57,418 bases of DNA, taken from an uncultured Bacteroidota bacterium (GTDB taxonomy: Bacteria; Bacteroidota; Bacteroidia; Bacteroidales; WCHB1-69). Positions within the stretch are counted from its first letter, which is position 1; the number at the start of each line of letters is the position of its first letter. The notes beneath the pieces are model-generated. The model did no database searches, was not told the DNA's origin, and was given only the letters and a program-made list of their open reading frames with translations. Positions 8,463-19,028 of this stretch are shown here, one piece after another. The stretch lies in NCBI GenBank assembly GCA_902797625.1, contig CADBTU010000036.1:1-57418 (forward strand). Reading direction: 5' to 3'. The position numbers and the translations under genes were made by a program.

Positions 8463-10250
8463 ATGATTTTGGAACAACAGATTGCCGAAACCTTTAAATC
8501 AGTTTTGCATGATTTGTATAGCGTTGATATTGCTGCAGATAGTAATTTAGTGCAACCAACAAGAAAAGGTTTTGAGGGAGATTTCACCATTGTCATCTTT
8601 CCTTATGTGAAACAAGTAAAAAAAGCTCCAGATGCTTTAGCACAAGAAATTGGTGAATCGTTGCTTTCTAATTCACCTTTGATAGAATCTTTTAATGTTA
8701 TTAAAGGTTATCTGAACTTAAAAATACGAGATTCGTTTTGGTTTAATTTCCTTGAATCTGAATTTGATAATTTAGATTTTGGAAAAGTTACTACACGTAA
8801 TGAAATGCCAATATTGATTGAATATTCATCACCCAATACTAATAAACCTCTACATCTTGGGCATATTCGTAACAACTTGCTCGGACATTCCATTACTCAA
8901 ATCTTGAAAGCTTGTGGACATACGGTGGTGCAAGTTAACCTTGTTAACGATAGGGGAATTCATATTTGCAAATCGATGTTAGCTTGGCTCAAATTTGGTA
9001 ACGGTGAAACCCCAGATTCTTCAGGAATGAAAGGCGACCATCTTGTTGGAAAATATTATGTGGTTTTTGATCAAGAATATAAAAAGCAACAAAAAGAACT
9101 TCTATCTCAAGGATATTCTGAAGAAGAGGCCGCCGATAAAGCACCGTTGATTCTTGAAGCTCGTGAAATGCTAAGAAAGTGGGAAGCAAACGACCCTGCA
9201 ATAAGACAACTTTGGAGTATGATGAATGGTTGGGTGTACAATGGCTTTGATCAAACATATTCAAGGTTAGGAATAAAATTTGATAAAACATATTATGAGT
9301 CAAATACATATCTTCTTGGAAAAAATATAGTTAAAGATGGTTTAGATAGAAATGTGTTTTATCAGCACGAAGATGGTTCTGTAAGAATAGACTTGACAGA
9401 AGATGGTTTAGATGAAAAAATTCTACTTCGTAAGGATGGGACTTCGGTTTATATGACTCAAGATTTAGGAACTGCTCAATTAAGATTTGAGGAGTTTAAT
9501 CCTCAAAAAATGATTTATGTTGTTGGAAACGAACAGAATTATCATTTTGATGTTCTAAAGCTAATATTAGATAAAAAACTTCAGAAACCTTTTGGCGCTT
9601 CAATATATCACCTCTCATACGGAATGGTGGAGCTACCTTCTGGAAAAATGAAATCGCGAGAAGGTACTGTTGTAGATGCTGACGATCTGATGGACGATAT
9701 GTTTGCTGAAGCAAAAAAAAGTACCGAAGCGTTAGGGAAATTTCAGTTTTCTGATGATGAAGCCAAAGCTCTATATGAGATGATTGGTCTTGGAGCTTTG
9801 AAATATTTTATTCTCAAGGTTGATCCACAGAAAAACATGCTCTTCAATCCAGAGGAATCTATAGATTTTAATGGTAATACAGCTCCTTTTATTCAATATA
9901 CTCACGCTCGAATATGTTCGATATTGCGCAAAGCGACGGAGACCCACATAGAACTTACTTCAAAATTGACAATATCAAATCTTGGAAAAGAGGAGAAGCA
10001 GATATTAAATACTCTCTATCAATTTCCAAAAATAGTGTTGTCGGCTGGAGAAAATATGAGCCCAGCATTGATAGCTAATTATTGTTATGAGTTAGCCAAA
10101 ACGTTTAATCATTTTTATCAGGAAACTCCTATATTTAAGGAGGAAAATGTAGAAAAACGGTTACTTCGTCTTAAAATTTCTCGCTTGGTAGCTAACGTTA
10201 TTAAGAATGGAATGTCGCTTCTTGGAATAGATGTTCCTCAAAAAATGTAG
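8463..10250 (+). CDS. argS: Arginine--tRNA ligase
   Basis: 595 aa with class I signatures SSPNTNKPLHLGHIRN (HIGH) and SGKMKSREG (KMSKS-like). The C-terminal anticodon-binding domain is present. Confidence 0.95.
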   Translation: MILEQQIAETFKSVLHDLYSVDIAADSNLVQPTRKGFEGDFTIVIFPYVKQVKKAPDALAQEIGESLLSNSPLIESFNVIKGYLNLKIRDSFWFNFLESEFDNLDFGKVTTRNEMPILIEYSSPNTNKPLHLGHIRNNLLGHSITQILKACGHTVVQVNLVNDRGIHICKSMLAWLKFGNGETPDSSGMKGDHLVGKYYVVFDQEYKKQQKELLSQGYSEEEAADKAPLILEAREMLRKWEANDPAIRQLWSMMNGWVYNGFDQTYSRLGIKFDKTYYESNTYLLGKNIVKDGLDRNVFYQHEDGSVRIDLTEDGLDEKILLRKDGTSVYMTQDLGTAQLRFEEFNPQKMIYVVGNEQNYHFDVLKLILDKKLQKPFGASIYHLSYGMVELPSGKMKSREGTVVDADDLMDDMFAEAKKSTEALGKFQFSDDEAKALYEMIGLGALKYFILKVDPQKNMLFNPEESIDFNGNTAPFIQYTHARICSILRKATETHIELTSKLTISNLGKEEKQILNTLYQFPKIVLSAGENMSPALIANYCYELAKTFNHFYQETPIFKEENVEKRLLRLKISRLVANVIKNGMSLLGIDVPQKM

Positions 10251-10253
10251 TCT

Positions 10254-11567
10254 ATGAATCTGAAATTCGATGAACTGCGAAAAAAATATCCTGTTTTTAC
10301 ATATCAAGGATATGAGTATAATGTTGAAGAAGAAAATCTGTCTGTAGAATACCATTTTAAAATTGGAGATGAAATAGAATTTTCTCCTAAAATGACTCTT
10401 TATTTAGGAAAATATACTCCTGACTGGACAAAATATAATATTGAAAACTTGAATGGAGTAGTTTTTAATATTGGACTTATAGAGTTGATTAGTTATTGGA
10501 AGTGTGCGTGTTGTCCAATTATTGATATAAAACCATTTTCTCTTACTCCAGATCAACAATTATGGTGGAGAAAGTTATATTGGTATGGACTTGGCGAATT
10601 TTTCTACCGAAATAGTATTGATTCTGATCCAATAAACTTCTTAAATTTCAGATTTTCTGGAAATGCAAAATCATCTTTGGATCTAAAATATACAAAATCA
10701 ACAGAATCAGAGTTTATTATTGTCCCTATAGGTGGTGGCAAAGATTCGGTGGTTACCCTTGAGGAGTTGCGCAAAAATAGAAAAGTTGTACCTTTTATTA
10801 TAAATCCACGTGGAGCAACATTGGAATGCGTGCGCGTTGCTGATTTTTCTTTTCCAGACGATGTTTTAGTTTTAACACGCCAAATCGACTCTAAATTGTT
10901 AAAACTTAATGCGGAAGGATTTCTTAATGGCCATACACCATTCTCTGCAATGTTGGCTTTTTACACAACTCTTTTGTCAGCAGTTACTGGAATTAGAGAT
11001 GTGGCCTTATCAAACGAGTCAAGTGCTAACGAACCTACAATTCCTGGTACAAAAATAAATCATCAATACTCGAAATCCTTAGAATTTGAAGAGGATTTCA
11101 GATATTATGTTGCTGAATATATGGGAAATTGCAACCATTATTTTAGTTATCTCAGAAACTTAACAGAAATACAGATTGCAGAGCGATTTGCCAAGTATCC
11201 ACAATACTTCTCGGCTTTTAAGAGCTGCAATGAAGGAAGCAAGGAAGATAAATGGTGTGGGCATTGTCCGAAGTGTCTCTTTGCCTATATAATATTGTCG
11301 CCATTTATTCAAGATGTAGAACTTCAGAAAATTTTTGGTGCCGATTTGCTTAACGACAACACATTGGTGCAAACTTTTGACGAACTTGCGGGTTTTTCAA
11401 AGATAAAACCTTTTGAATGTGTTGGCACTGTTAGTGAAGTTAATGAAGCAATGTCGCAAATAATTCTAACCCACGGCGATAAATTCTTGGTTAAACACTA
11501 TGTTAATGCTCGCCTTTCTCAATTAGAGAACGATATGTTAGACGAGTATTTTAATATGGCACCTTAA
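10254..11567 (+). CDS. Uncharacterised PP-loop (QueC-like) ATP pyrophosphatase-family protein with 4-Cys cluster and novel N-terminal domain
   Basis: 437 aa. The PP-loop-like motif IVPIGGGKDSVV lies at aa 160-165 (nt 10731-10748). The cluster C-x9-C-x2-C-x2-C (SCNEGSKEDKWCGHCPKC) spans aa 325-341. The start is 3 nt after the argS stop. The function is not assignable from sequence alone. Confidence 0.55.
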   Translation: MNLKFDELRKKYPVFTYQGYEYNVEEENLSVEYHFKIGDEIEFSPKMTLYLGKYTPDWTKYNIENLNGVVFNIGLIELISYWKCACCPIIDIKPFSLTPDQQLWWRKLYWYGLGEFFYRNSIDSDPINFLNFRFSGNAKSSLDLKYTKSTESEFIIVPIGGGKDSVVTLEELRKNRKVVPFIINPRGATLECVRVADFSFPDDVLVLTRQIDSKLLKLNAEGFLNGHTPFSAMLAFYTTLLSAVTGIRDVALSNESSANEPTIPGTKINHQYSKSLEFEEDFRYYVAEYMGNCNHYFSYLRNLTEIQIAERFAKYPQYFSAFKSCNEGSKEDKWCGHCPKCLFAYIILSPFIQDVELQKIFGADLLNDNTLVQTFDELAGFSKIKPFECVGTVSEVNEAMSQIILTHGDKFLVKHYVNARLSQLENDMLDEYFNMAP

Positions 11568-11573
11568 AAGATA

Positions 11574-12452
11574 ATGAATCAAGATAAAAATATAGGAGGC
11601 TATTTAGCTGGCATCTTAGCTGCTGTTGCTTATGGAACAAATCCATTGGGAGCCTTGTTTCTTTATAATGAAGGTTTTAACCCTCCAAGTGTGATTTTCT
11701 ATAGATTTTTATTTGCTGTTATAATCTTAGGGCTAATACTTTTTACCCAACGTCTTTCACTTAAAGTTTCAAAATTTGAAGCTCAAGTATTATTCTCCTT
11801 AGGACTTCTTTTTGCTGTGTCAGCTTTAACACTTTACACATCATTTAAACATTTAGATTCAGGAGTTGCATCAACAATTCTATTTGCATATCCAGTGATG
11901 GTGGCTGTTATTATGGCACTTTTTTTCAAAGAGAAAACAACACCAACGATTGTAATATCTATCATAATGAGTATTCTTGGAATATTTCTTCTTTATCAAG
12001 GTGATGGTAACGCGAAATTGTCTCTTTGGGGTGTTTTTCTTGTGCTAATTTCATCACTAACATACGCCATCTACATTGTAATAGTTAATCAGACAAAGCT
12101 CACAATACCGCCTTTTAAGATGACTTTTTATATAATGTTATTCGCTGCAATAGCTATTTTTTTCTTATCTTTTATACTCCCTGAAAGTAGAATTATAATG
12201 ATTCCTAATTTTACCTCTTTAGGATGGATTTTTGTGGTTGCAATTGTGCCAACAATAATAGCTATGACGTTGTTGAATATTGGCGTGGCTAAAGCAGGTT
12301 CAACTCCAACCGCTATAATGGGTGCTTTAGAACCAGTTACGGCTGTATGTATATCTGTTGCTGTTTTTGACGGTTTATTAACTAAAAGAATAATACTTGG
12401 TATTGTTATGATATTGGCAGCAGTTATTTTAATAATCTTAAATAAAAAATAA
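11574..12452 (+). CDS. EamA/DMT-family transporter
   Basis: 292 aa with about 10 hydrophobic segments in two homologous halves, the typical drug/metabolite transporter layout. Confidence 0.8.
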   Translation: MNQDKNIGGYLAGILAAVAYGTNPLGALFLYNEGFNPPSVIFYRFLFAVIILGLILFTQRLSLKVSKFEAQVLFSLGLLFAVSALTLYTSFKHLDSGVASTILFAYPVMVAVIMALFFKEKTTPTIVISIIMSILGIFLLYQGDGNAKLSLWGVFLVLISSLTYAIYIVIVNQTKLTIPPFKMTFYIMLFAAIAIFFLSFILPESRIIMIPNFTSLGWIFVVAIVPTIIAMTLLNIGVAKAGSTPTAIMGALEPVTAVCISVAVFDGLLTKRIILGIVMILAAVILIILNKK

Positions 12453-12463
12453 TTATAACAACA

Positions 12464-14524
12464 ATGATATTTACAAATCCATATTTACTTTTTGGACTTT
12501 TTGCTTTACTTGTTCCTATTTTAATACATCTCTTTAATTTTAGGAGATATAAAACTGTGTATTTTTCTAATGTTAAAATGTTAGACGAGATACAAAAGAA
12601 GACAAAAAGAAAATCACAGATCCAGCAACTTATAGTTTTATTTCTTCGACTTTTAGGAATAACAGCAATTGTTTTTGCTTTTGCCCAACCATTTTTAAGA
12701 AGCAATAATACGAAAAAATCAGGCGGAAACCTTATATCGATTTTTGTGGACAACTCCTTTTCAATGGGTGCAAATTCAGATAATACTTCAAGTTTCTACG
12801 AAGCAGTTGACGCAGCAAAAACTATTGTTCGAGATTTTGAATATGATGACGATTATGTGCTTACTACACACGATTTTTCAGGAGAGGAGTCGCATATACT
12901 TAATAGAGACCAGATGCTTGAACTTCTTGATAGGCTAAAAATATCTCCCAATAGCAGAAACTTTAACGAAATCAAAGCTTTTGAAAAAAACACATCTCAA
13001 CGCTCTAATAAAGTAAATGTGGTGAAATTTTATATCTCTGATTTTCAGAAAAACGCTTTTGATTTATCACTTTTGCGCGGTGATAGCTCGTTGCATATAG
13101 GCTTGATACCTTCAAAAAACCAGGAAAAGAAAAATCTTTCAATTGATTCGTGTTGGTTTCTTACTCCAGTTTTTCGCGTTGACAATATCGTTACTTTGGT
13201 AGTACGAGTTTCTAATCACGGCTCAGAGGATGTGCAAAAAATACCTGTAAGACTTCATATTAACGACCGACAGAAAGCAATTTCAACGGTAGATATTTTA
13301 TCAGGTGGTTATGCGGATTGTCGTTTGTCGTATAAAATAGATGAGAAAGGAACAAATCTCGGTGTAATATCTATAGAAGACGCTCCAATAACATTCGATG
13401 ATGAACTCTATCTAACGTACAATGTTTCAGATAATAGTAATGTTTATCTTGTTTACAATAAAATTCCAAATAAATTTTTGAATGCTTTGTATGCTAAAGA
13501 TTCTGTTTTTAATTGTCAATCTTCAGATTATCGACAGCTGAACTATACAACCCTTCGCGAAAGTAATCTTGTGATACTTAATGAAATTCCTGAAATTTCT
13601 TCTGGTTTATCAGACGAGCTTTCCAAGTTTGTTGACGCTGGCGGAACCTTGCTTGTTTTTCCACCAAATGAGATTGATAATTCGTTGAATACTTTCCTGT
13701 CAAAGATGGGGTGTGGCACATACGGAAACTTAGTGAAATCGAAACTTAAATGTAAGAAAATCAATAATGAGAGTCTCTATTTCAAAGGAGCTTTAGAAAC
13801 AACTTCTGATATGATAGATCTTCCAGTTACATTGCAGCATTTTTCTGTTTCAGGAGGGGCGCAAGGAGTAGAAGATATTATGAGTTTAGAAGATGGTTCT
13901 TCTTTGCTCTCTGTTTGGAGTGTTGGAAGAGGAAAAGTTGCCTTATCTTCGGTTGCTCTTAACGACGATTTTGGTAATTCGCATAGACACGCTCTATTGT
14001 TTGTTCCTTTGCATAACTTTGGTATATTAACAACATCTGTTCAGAAGCTCTATAACACAATTGGCGTTGATAATATGCAGCGTGTAAATGTTATATCCGA
14101 CAACTCGGAAGATGTAATGACTTTGAAAGCCAAAAAATCTGACGAGGAATTTATCCCTGAACAGCGCAAATTAGGAAATGAAACAGCTTTATTTTTTCAC
14201 GATCAAGTGCATTTTAGCGATTGGTATGATCTGATTAAAGGAGATTTAAACGTTGGAACTTTAGCTTTTAATTTTTCAAGAAGAGAGTCTGATATGACAT
14301 TTTATGAAGAGTCGGAACTTACAAAGATTGCTAATGATATAGGCGATAATATTAAAGTTGTGGGTACAAATACAAAAAATATAGCAAAGGCAGCTACAGA
14401 GCAACTTGATGGTCGTCCACTTTGGCCACTTTTTATACTTATAGCACTCGCTTGTTTCCTTGCAGAAATTGCAGTACTTCGTTTCTGGAGTAAACCTCTC
14501 CCAACTGAAAATAATGAAGAATAG
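12464..14524 (+). CDS. BatA-type N-terminal double-TM anchor protein (large membrane-anchored hypothetical)
   Basis: The N-terminus MIFTNPYLLFGLFALLVPILIHLFNFRRYKTVYFSNVKML matches the aerotolerance-operon BatA N-terminal anchor pattern. There is a C-terminal TM segment WPLFILIALACFLAEIAVL. Confidence 0.65.
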   Translation: MIFTNPYLLFGLFALLVPILIHLFNFRRYKTVYFSNVKMLDEIQKKTKRKSQIQQLIVLFLRLLGITAIVFAFAQPFLRSNNTKKSGGNLISIFVDNSFSMGANSDNTSSFYEAVDAAKTIVRDFEYDDDYVLTTHDFSGEESHILNRDQMLELLDRLKISPNSRNFNEIKAFEKNTSQRSNKVNVVKFYISDFQKNAFDLSLLRGDSSLHIGLIPSKNQEKKNLSIDSCWFLTPVFRVDNIVTLVVRVSNHGSEDVQKIPVRLHINDRQKAISTVDILSGGYADCRLSYKIDEKGTNLGVISIEDAPITFDDELYLTYNVSDNSNVYLVYNKIPNKFLNALYAKDSVFNCQSSDYRQLNYTTLRESNLVILNEIPEISSGLSDELSKFVDAGGTLLVFPPNEIDNSLNTFLSKMGCGTYGNLVKSKLKCKKINNESLYFKGALETTSDMIDLPVTLQHFSVSGGAQGVEDIMSLEDGSSLLSVWSVGRGKVALSSVALNDDFGNSHRHALLFVPLHNFGILTTSVQKLYNTIGVDNMQRVNVISDNSEDVMTLKAKKSDEEFIPEQRKLGNETALFFHDQVHFSDWYDLIKGDLNVGTLAFNFSRRESDMTFYEESELTKIANDIGDNIKVVGTNTKNIAKAATEQLDGRPLWPLFILIALACFLAEIAVLRFWSKPLPTENNEE

Positions 14525-14558
14525 CTTTCTGAAATTTTTCACATATTTAATTTGCAAT

Positions 14559-15734
14559 ATGATTTATTACGATTTTGATCAAATAGTAGATAGAAAAGGT
14601 TCAAATTGTGTTAAATATGATATGTTGAATGAGTTTTTTGGAGTGGATGATATTCTCCCTATGTGGGTTGCTGATATGGATTTCAAAACCCCAGATTTTA
14701 TTATCGATGCTATCAGAAAGCGCTGTGAACACGAAGTATTAGGCTACACATTTTCGCCAGAATCATATAAAATGGCTGTTTTGAATTGGTTTCATAAGCA
14801 CTATGGAGTAAATTCACGCTGGAACAAAATGCACTTTATTCCTGGTGTTGTTCAAGGAATTGCCTTTGCGTTGCAGGCTTTTACAGAACGAGGAGACAGA
14901 GTTCTTGTTACAACGCCCGTATATCCACCTTTCCTCAATGTTCCTCATCGCACAGGACGTTTTTTCGTTAGCAGTCCTCTTAAAACGGTTAATGGTAGGT
15001 TTCAATTTGATTATGAAGATATTGAACAAAAATCTAAAAGCTGCAAACTAATGATCCTATGCAATCCACATAATCCTGGAGGTACTGTTTGGACCAAAGA
15101 TGAGTTAATTAGTATTGCAGAAATATGCTATCGTAACAACGTGATTGTTGTTTCTGATGAGATACATGCAGATTTAACATTTCCAGAGTTTAAGCACACA
15201 ACATTTTCTACTGTTTCGATGGAGGCTTACAATAACTCGATAACATTCTTTGCTCCGAGCAAAACTTTTAATATGGCTGGATTGGCTTCATCTGTTTGTT
15301 ATGTTCCTAATCCAGAGATTCGTAAGAAATTTTTTGCATATTTAGATAGCAATGAACTTTCATTAGGCAATATTTTCGGATATTACGCTGCGGAAGCAGC
15401 ATTCTCGAAAGGCGAAGATTGGTTAAAGCAATTGTTATCATATCTCTCTAAAAATATAGATACTGCCGAAGTTTTTGTTAGGGAAAATATGCCAGAGCTG
15501 ACTATGATGCGTCCACAGGCGTCATTCTTGCTTTGGATTGATTTTAACGCGTGGAATATTCCTCATAAAGAACTTGTTCGTAGATTAGTTAAAGATGCTA
15601 AAATTGGTCTTAATAGTGGTGTAGATTATGGCCCTGAAGGGTATGGGTTTATGAGGATGAATATCGGTACAAACAGAGTTACGGTTATTGAAGGACTCCG
15701 ACGAATAGCTTCTGTTCGCCCTAATTTAATTTAA
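14559..15734 (+). CDS. MalY/PatB-type PLP-dependent C-S lyase (class I/II aminotransferase fold)
   Basis: MIYYDFDQIVDRKGSNCVKYD matches the family N-terminus, and the PLP-lysine region is APSKTFNMAG. The track start at 14460 lies inside the upstream gene. ATG 14514 is a possible alternative start. Confidence 0.8.
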   Translation: MIYYDFDQIVDRKGSNCVKYDMLNEFFGVDDILPMWVADMDFKTPDFIIDAIRKRCEHEVLGYTFSPESYKMAVLNWFHKHYGVNSRWNKMHFIPGVVQGIAFALQAFTERGDRVLVTTPVYPPFLNVPHRTGRFFVSSPLKTVNGRFQFDYEDIEQKSKSCKLMILCNPHNPGGTVWTKDELISIAEICYRNNVIVVSDEIHADLTFPEFKHTTFSTVSMEAYNNSITFFAPSKTFNMAGLASSVCYVPNPEIRKKFFAYLDSNELSLGNIFGYYAAEAAFSKGEDWLKQLLSYLSKNIDTAEVFVRENMPELTMMRPQASFLLWIDFNAWNIPHKELVRRLVKDAKIGLNSGVDYGPEGYGFMRMNIGTNRVTVIEGLRRIASVRPNLI

Positions 15735-18700
15735 AGTTTCTTGCGAAATTCCTTACCTAAAACCTTTAGTTTTGAAATCTCAGCAGAGTTAGCATCTTTA
15801 TCTTGCTTTTCTAATAAATCTATCAAAGTTATGATTGCAATCGTTGAATAATTTGTAATACTCTCAGCTTTTGTAGAATATTCTACTGCAGTTCTAAGAT
15901 TTTTAATAGCGTTTTCGTGATCATTTTTGTCAGAATAAATAGCACCTATGTGTGTATAATTTCGTATTAAGTCGCTCTCAACCTCAGCTTTATATTCGCT
16001 ATTATAGAGTTTGTTTAGAAGTTTATTAGCTTCACCGAAAGTTTCTATTGCAGAGATTATCATATCTACATTATAGTATGAAACGGCATTCTTTTGAAGA
16101 TAAGATGAGATAATATACGTGATGCTTTCATCGCCATCTTTAGCAAGAAATTTCAAAATATTGATAGCTGTGTCGCGAGTATCAATAGCACGGTAATACC
16201 AAAGATCTTTATTAGCGGTGTCAATAACTCTACCCATTTTTTCTTTACATTCAGCTATGTTGTTGTAAAGTATTGCACTATTGTAATCCCATTTATCTCG
16301 TGCAGTGTCTTTAAATATGAAAGTGTTAACATTATACGCATCTTGGTAAGTTGTGATGGCTTTTTCTACAGAGTCAGTTTTGAAATAAGCTTCAGCCAAA
16401 ATACGCAATGCACGTAAATAGTAGTGGTCAACGTTGTAACCTAAATCGTGTAAAACAAAAAGTGCATCAATCATATCTTTGGCACAAACTATTTCTCTAT
16501 CAACTTCGAGATCTTCAAATTTAAGTAATTCGTTGGATAAATCGTAAATTCTTATCGCGTTATTATTGTTTGAAGAAAAGAACTTTTTGTAATAAGACAA
16601 TAAGTCTTCAATGTCGTTTATGTAAGTGGTCATATCATTCCTTTGAAAAGCAAAATCTTTGTGAGTTATTTTGGCTTTTTCATAAGTTTGATATTGGCGT
16701 TCTAAATTTGAAGCCTCGTAATATATTACAGATTTATCGATAAGTTGTGAGCATTTGCCCAAATTTTTATCTTGTGCTGCAACAACAGCTTTACCGAAAT
16801 ACATTTCCCCCATCGTAGCATTTGCGTTTTTGTTCCCCAATGAGATAGCTTTAGTGTACTCTTTTTCAGCCAACTTATACTCTTTTTCAGCAATTTTCAT
16901 GTTATTTTGAGATTTATAAGCATCACCAGTGTAGTAGTGTGCAGAGCCTTTCATAAAATGATATTCTGGCGTCAATGATATTGGAATCTCTTTCCCATAA
17001 TCAAAAATTTTACCGTAAGTCATAATAGCTTTATCGAATTGTTTGAGATGAAGGTGCGCATCACCCATCTGTAGATAATTCGTAAGGTAGTTTGTCCAAA
17101 AACTTTCATCAGAAGGTATTACTTTTAAACAATATTCGTTGGATTGAAGGTAGTAGGGTATAGATTCCTCGTATAGTTCGTTACTATATAACTTTTCAGC
17201 AATTTGATTGAAAAATATTGCTTTTTCAGCATAGAAAGAACTATTGTTAGCCACAGCTTTTTTACGCAAGAGTTCGTCTGTAAAATTTGAAATTTCATCA
17301 GTTAAAGAAAAATTCTGGTTATAGGTAAGGTAGCCTTCAATTGTTGAATTAAAATCTAAATAATTGTTTATATAACAATCTGGGAAGTGGGTGTTTGTTA
17401 TATCAAAATTTTCATAATATTTTGAAAAAGATTGTTTTAATGCAGAATTATCTTGATTTAATGTTACAGCTTGCCCCAAAAGTTTTGAGGATACTTGCAT
17501 GTTTCTAATAGAGAACATCTCAGGAAATCTCTGGCATAGTTTTTTATTTGCATCGTAAACCAAATTTAACACATCGTTTATGAGAGATTCATCTTCAATA
17601 TATTTTAATATTATGTGATAGCCAAATTCAGCTATTTGAAGTTGTGTTGCTGTATATTTAGAGTTTTCTGAAGAGATGTATTTCAAAGCATCTACATAAT
17701 TTTTTGTTATAAAATTTAATGTTTCAGGTTTGGCATACTCCAAAAATTGAATAATTTTATTGTAGTTATTGATTAGATAATAGGCTCTTTCTAAATTATT
17801 ATTGATATTTTCTGCTGTTTTTGAAATAAGATTGGATACAGTGTCAATAAAACTATTTACAATAATACTATCTTTGTTTATTATTCCAGAATAAACACTA
17901 TTTAGGTAACAATTTAAAAGAACTTCTTCTGATTCCTCACAAGGATATCTGAGATAATTATTTTTTGCTTTGTTTAGCATTTCGTCAGCAAAAATTTTAA
18001 TTGTGTTGTTATTTTGGCTATCAAAACATTCTGCAAGACCTGGAGTGAGAAAAAGTGTGTTTAATGGATTATCGTTGCGTTCTTTCCAGATTATAGAAAG
18101 CGAGTCTGAAATTTGATATTTCTTATCTCTGTTTAAATCATATATATACCTGATTGCAGAACTGTTATCATTTTTCTTTTCGTATAACACTTTGGAATAG
18201 TTGCTTATGAGAGTCGTGTCTGATGTGGAGTTTAGAAATATAAGATTTCGTAAAAGAATGATGTTTTGTAAATCTATATCGCTAACGTTTTCGAGGTCAA
18301 TATCGTTTTTAATAATATTGATAGCATTGTCAATCTCGCCTGAAAAAATCTTATTGCTAATGTTAGATTGATTTTGGCTTAAAATATACAGAATAGAGGG
18401 ATTGTATATGTCAATAGCATCAGAATGACATTGTTCGATTATGTTATTGTCAGCAAAGCAGTTTGCATAATATAAATTTGCAAATGTATTACCATTAGTT
18501 CTCTCGGCTAAGGTTGAATCTATCAAATCTTTATTCTTTTTAAGATAGATATTCTTATACCAGTATGAGAACAGTGAATCTGTGATTTTGTCAATATTTT
18601 CGTAGTAAACATCTGGTTTAATTACATAATATTTCAGGGTATCTTTTGTTTGTAAATATTTGTGTTTAGAGCTATATTCGCTACCGAAAAATAGATAGCC

Positions 18701-18940
18701 GTCAAGATGCCAATTTCTTATCGGTAAAAATGTTCCTTTTTTGTCATTTGTAAGGATTGCCGTAGCTATACCATTTGCATCTGTGGTTAATTTTGTTCCA
18801 AATAATTCCGATTGTGCACCCTTTATAGGTTTACCTGTATTAAAATCAAGAACTTGAAATACTTGTTTTACTTGAGCATTGAGAATTAGAATGTTAAAAG
18901 TAATTATGATTGTAATAGTGATCTTAAGATTTTTAGTCAT
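15731..18940 (-). CDS. Large secreted TPR-like repeat protein with carboxypeptidase-regulatory-like N-terminal domain
   Basis: 1069 aa with a signal peptide. The short beta-rich segment VLDFNTGKPIKGAQSELFGTKLTTDANGIATA is followed by a long helical-repeat region with many A/Y/N/L TPR-like units. Confidence 0.6.
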   Translation of the reverse strand: MTKNLKITITIIITFNILILNAQVKQVFQVLDFNTGKPIKGAQSELFGTKLTTDANGIATAILTNDKKGTFLPIRNWHLDGYLFFGSEYSSKHKYLQTKDTLKYYVIKPDVYYENIDKITDSLFSYWYKNIYLKKNKDLIDSTLAERTNGNTFANLYYANCFADNNIIEQCHSDAIDIYNPSILYILSQNQSNISNKIFSGEIDNAINIIKNDIDLENVSDIDLQNIILLRNLIFLNSTSDTTLISNYSKVLYEKKNDNSSAIRYIYDLNRDKKYQISDSLSIIWKERNDNPLNTLFLTPGLAECFDSQNNNTIKIFADEMLNKAKNNYLRYPCEESEEVLLNCYLNSVYSGIINKDSIIVNSFIDTVSNLISKTAENINNNLERAYYLINNYNKIIQFLEYAKPETLNFITKNYVDALKYISSENSKYTATQLQIAEFGYHIILKYIEDESLINDVLNLVYDANKKLCQRFPEMFSIRNMQVSSKLLGQAVTLNQDNSALKQSFSKYYENFDITNTHFPDCYINNYLDFNSTIEGYLTYNQNFSLTDEISNFTDELLRKKAVANNSSFYAEKAIFFNQIAEKLYSNELYEESIPYYLQSNEYCLKVIPSDESFWTNYLTNYLQMGDAHLHLKQFDKAIMTYGKIFDYGKEIPISLTPEYHFMKGSAHYYTGDAYKSQNNMKIAEKEYKLAEKEYTKAISLGNKNANATMGEMYFGKAVVAAQDKNLGKCSQLIDKSVIYYEASNLERQYQTYEKAKITHKDFAFQRNDMTTYINDIEDLLSYYKKFFSSNNNNAIRIYDLSNELLKFEDLEVDREIVCAKDMIDALFVLHDLGYNVDHYYLRALRILAEAYFKTDSVEKAITTYQDAYNVNTFIFKDTARDKWDYNSAILYNNIAECKEKMGRVIDTANKDLWYYRAIDTRDTAINILKFLAKDGDESITYIISSYLQKNAVSYYNVDMIISAIETFGEANKLLNKLYNSEYKAEVESDLIRNYTHIGAIYSDKNDHENAIKNLRTAVEYSTKAESITNYSTIAIITLIDLLEKQDKDANSAEISKLKVLGKEFRKKL

Positions 18941-18981
18941 AATTTATGTTTTTAAGAATTTTATACACTTATTTATAAATG

Positions 18982-18989
18982 CAAAATTA
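18982..18989 (-). promoter_or_regulatory. Bacteroidota -7 promoter box TAATTTTG
   Basis: The reverse complement of caaaatta matches the TAnnTTTG consensus. It lies 42 nt upstream of the TPR gene ATG (18940). Confidence 0.45.
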
Positions 18990-19028
18990 TGATTTTTTTA
19001 TAAATCATAGTATGATAGAAGATTTTTT

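Noticed and set aside
12424-12753. 109-aa minus-strand ORF spanning the EamA/BatA-anchor junction.
   Set aside because: It is antisense to two well-supported genes and has no motif.
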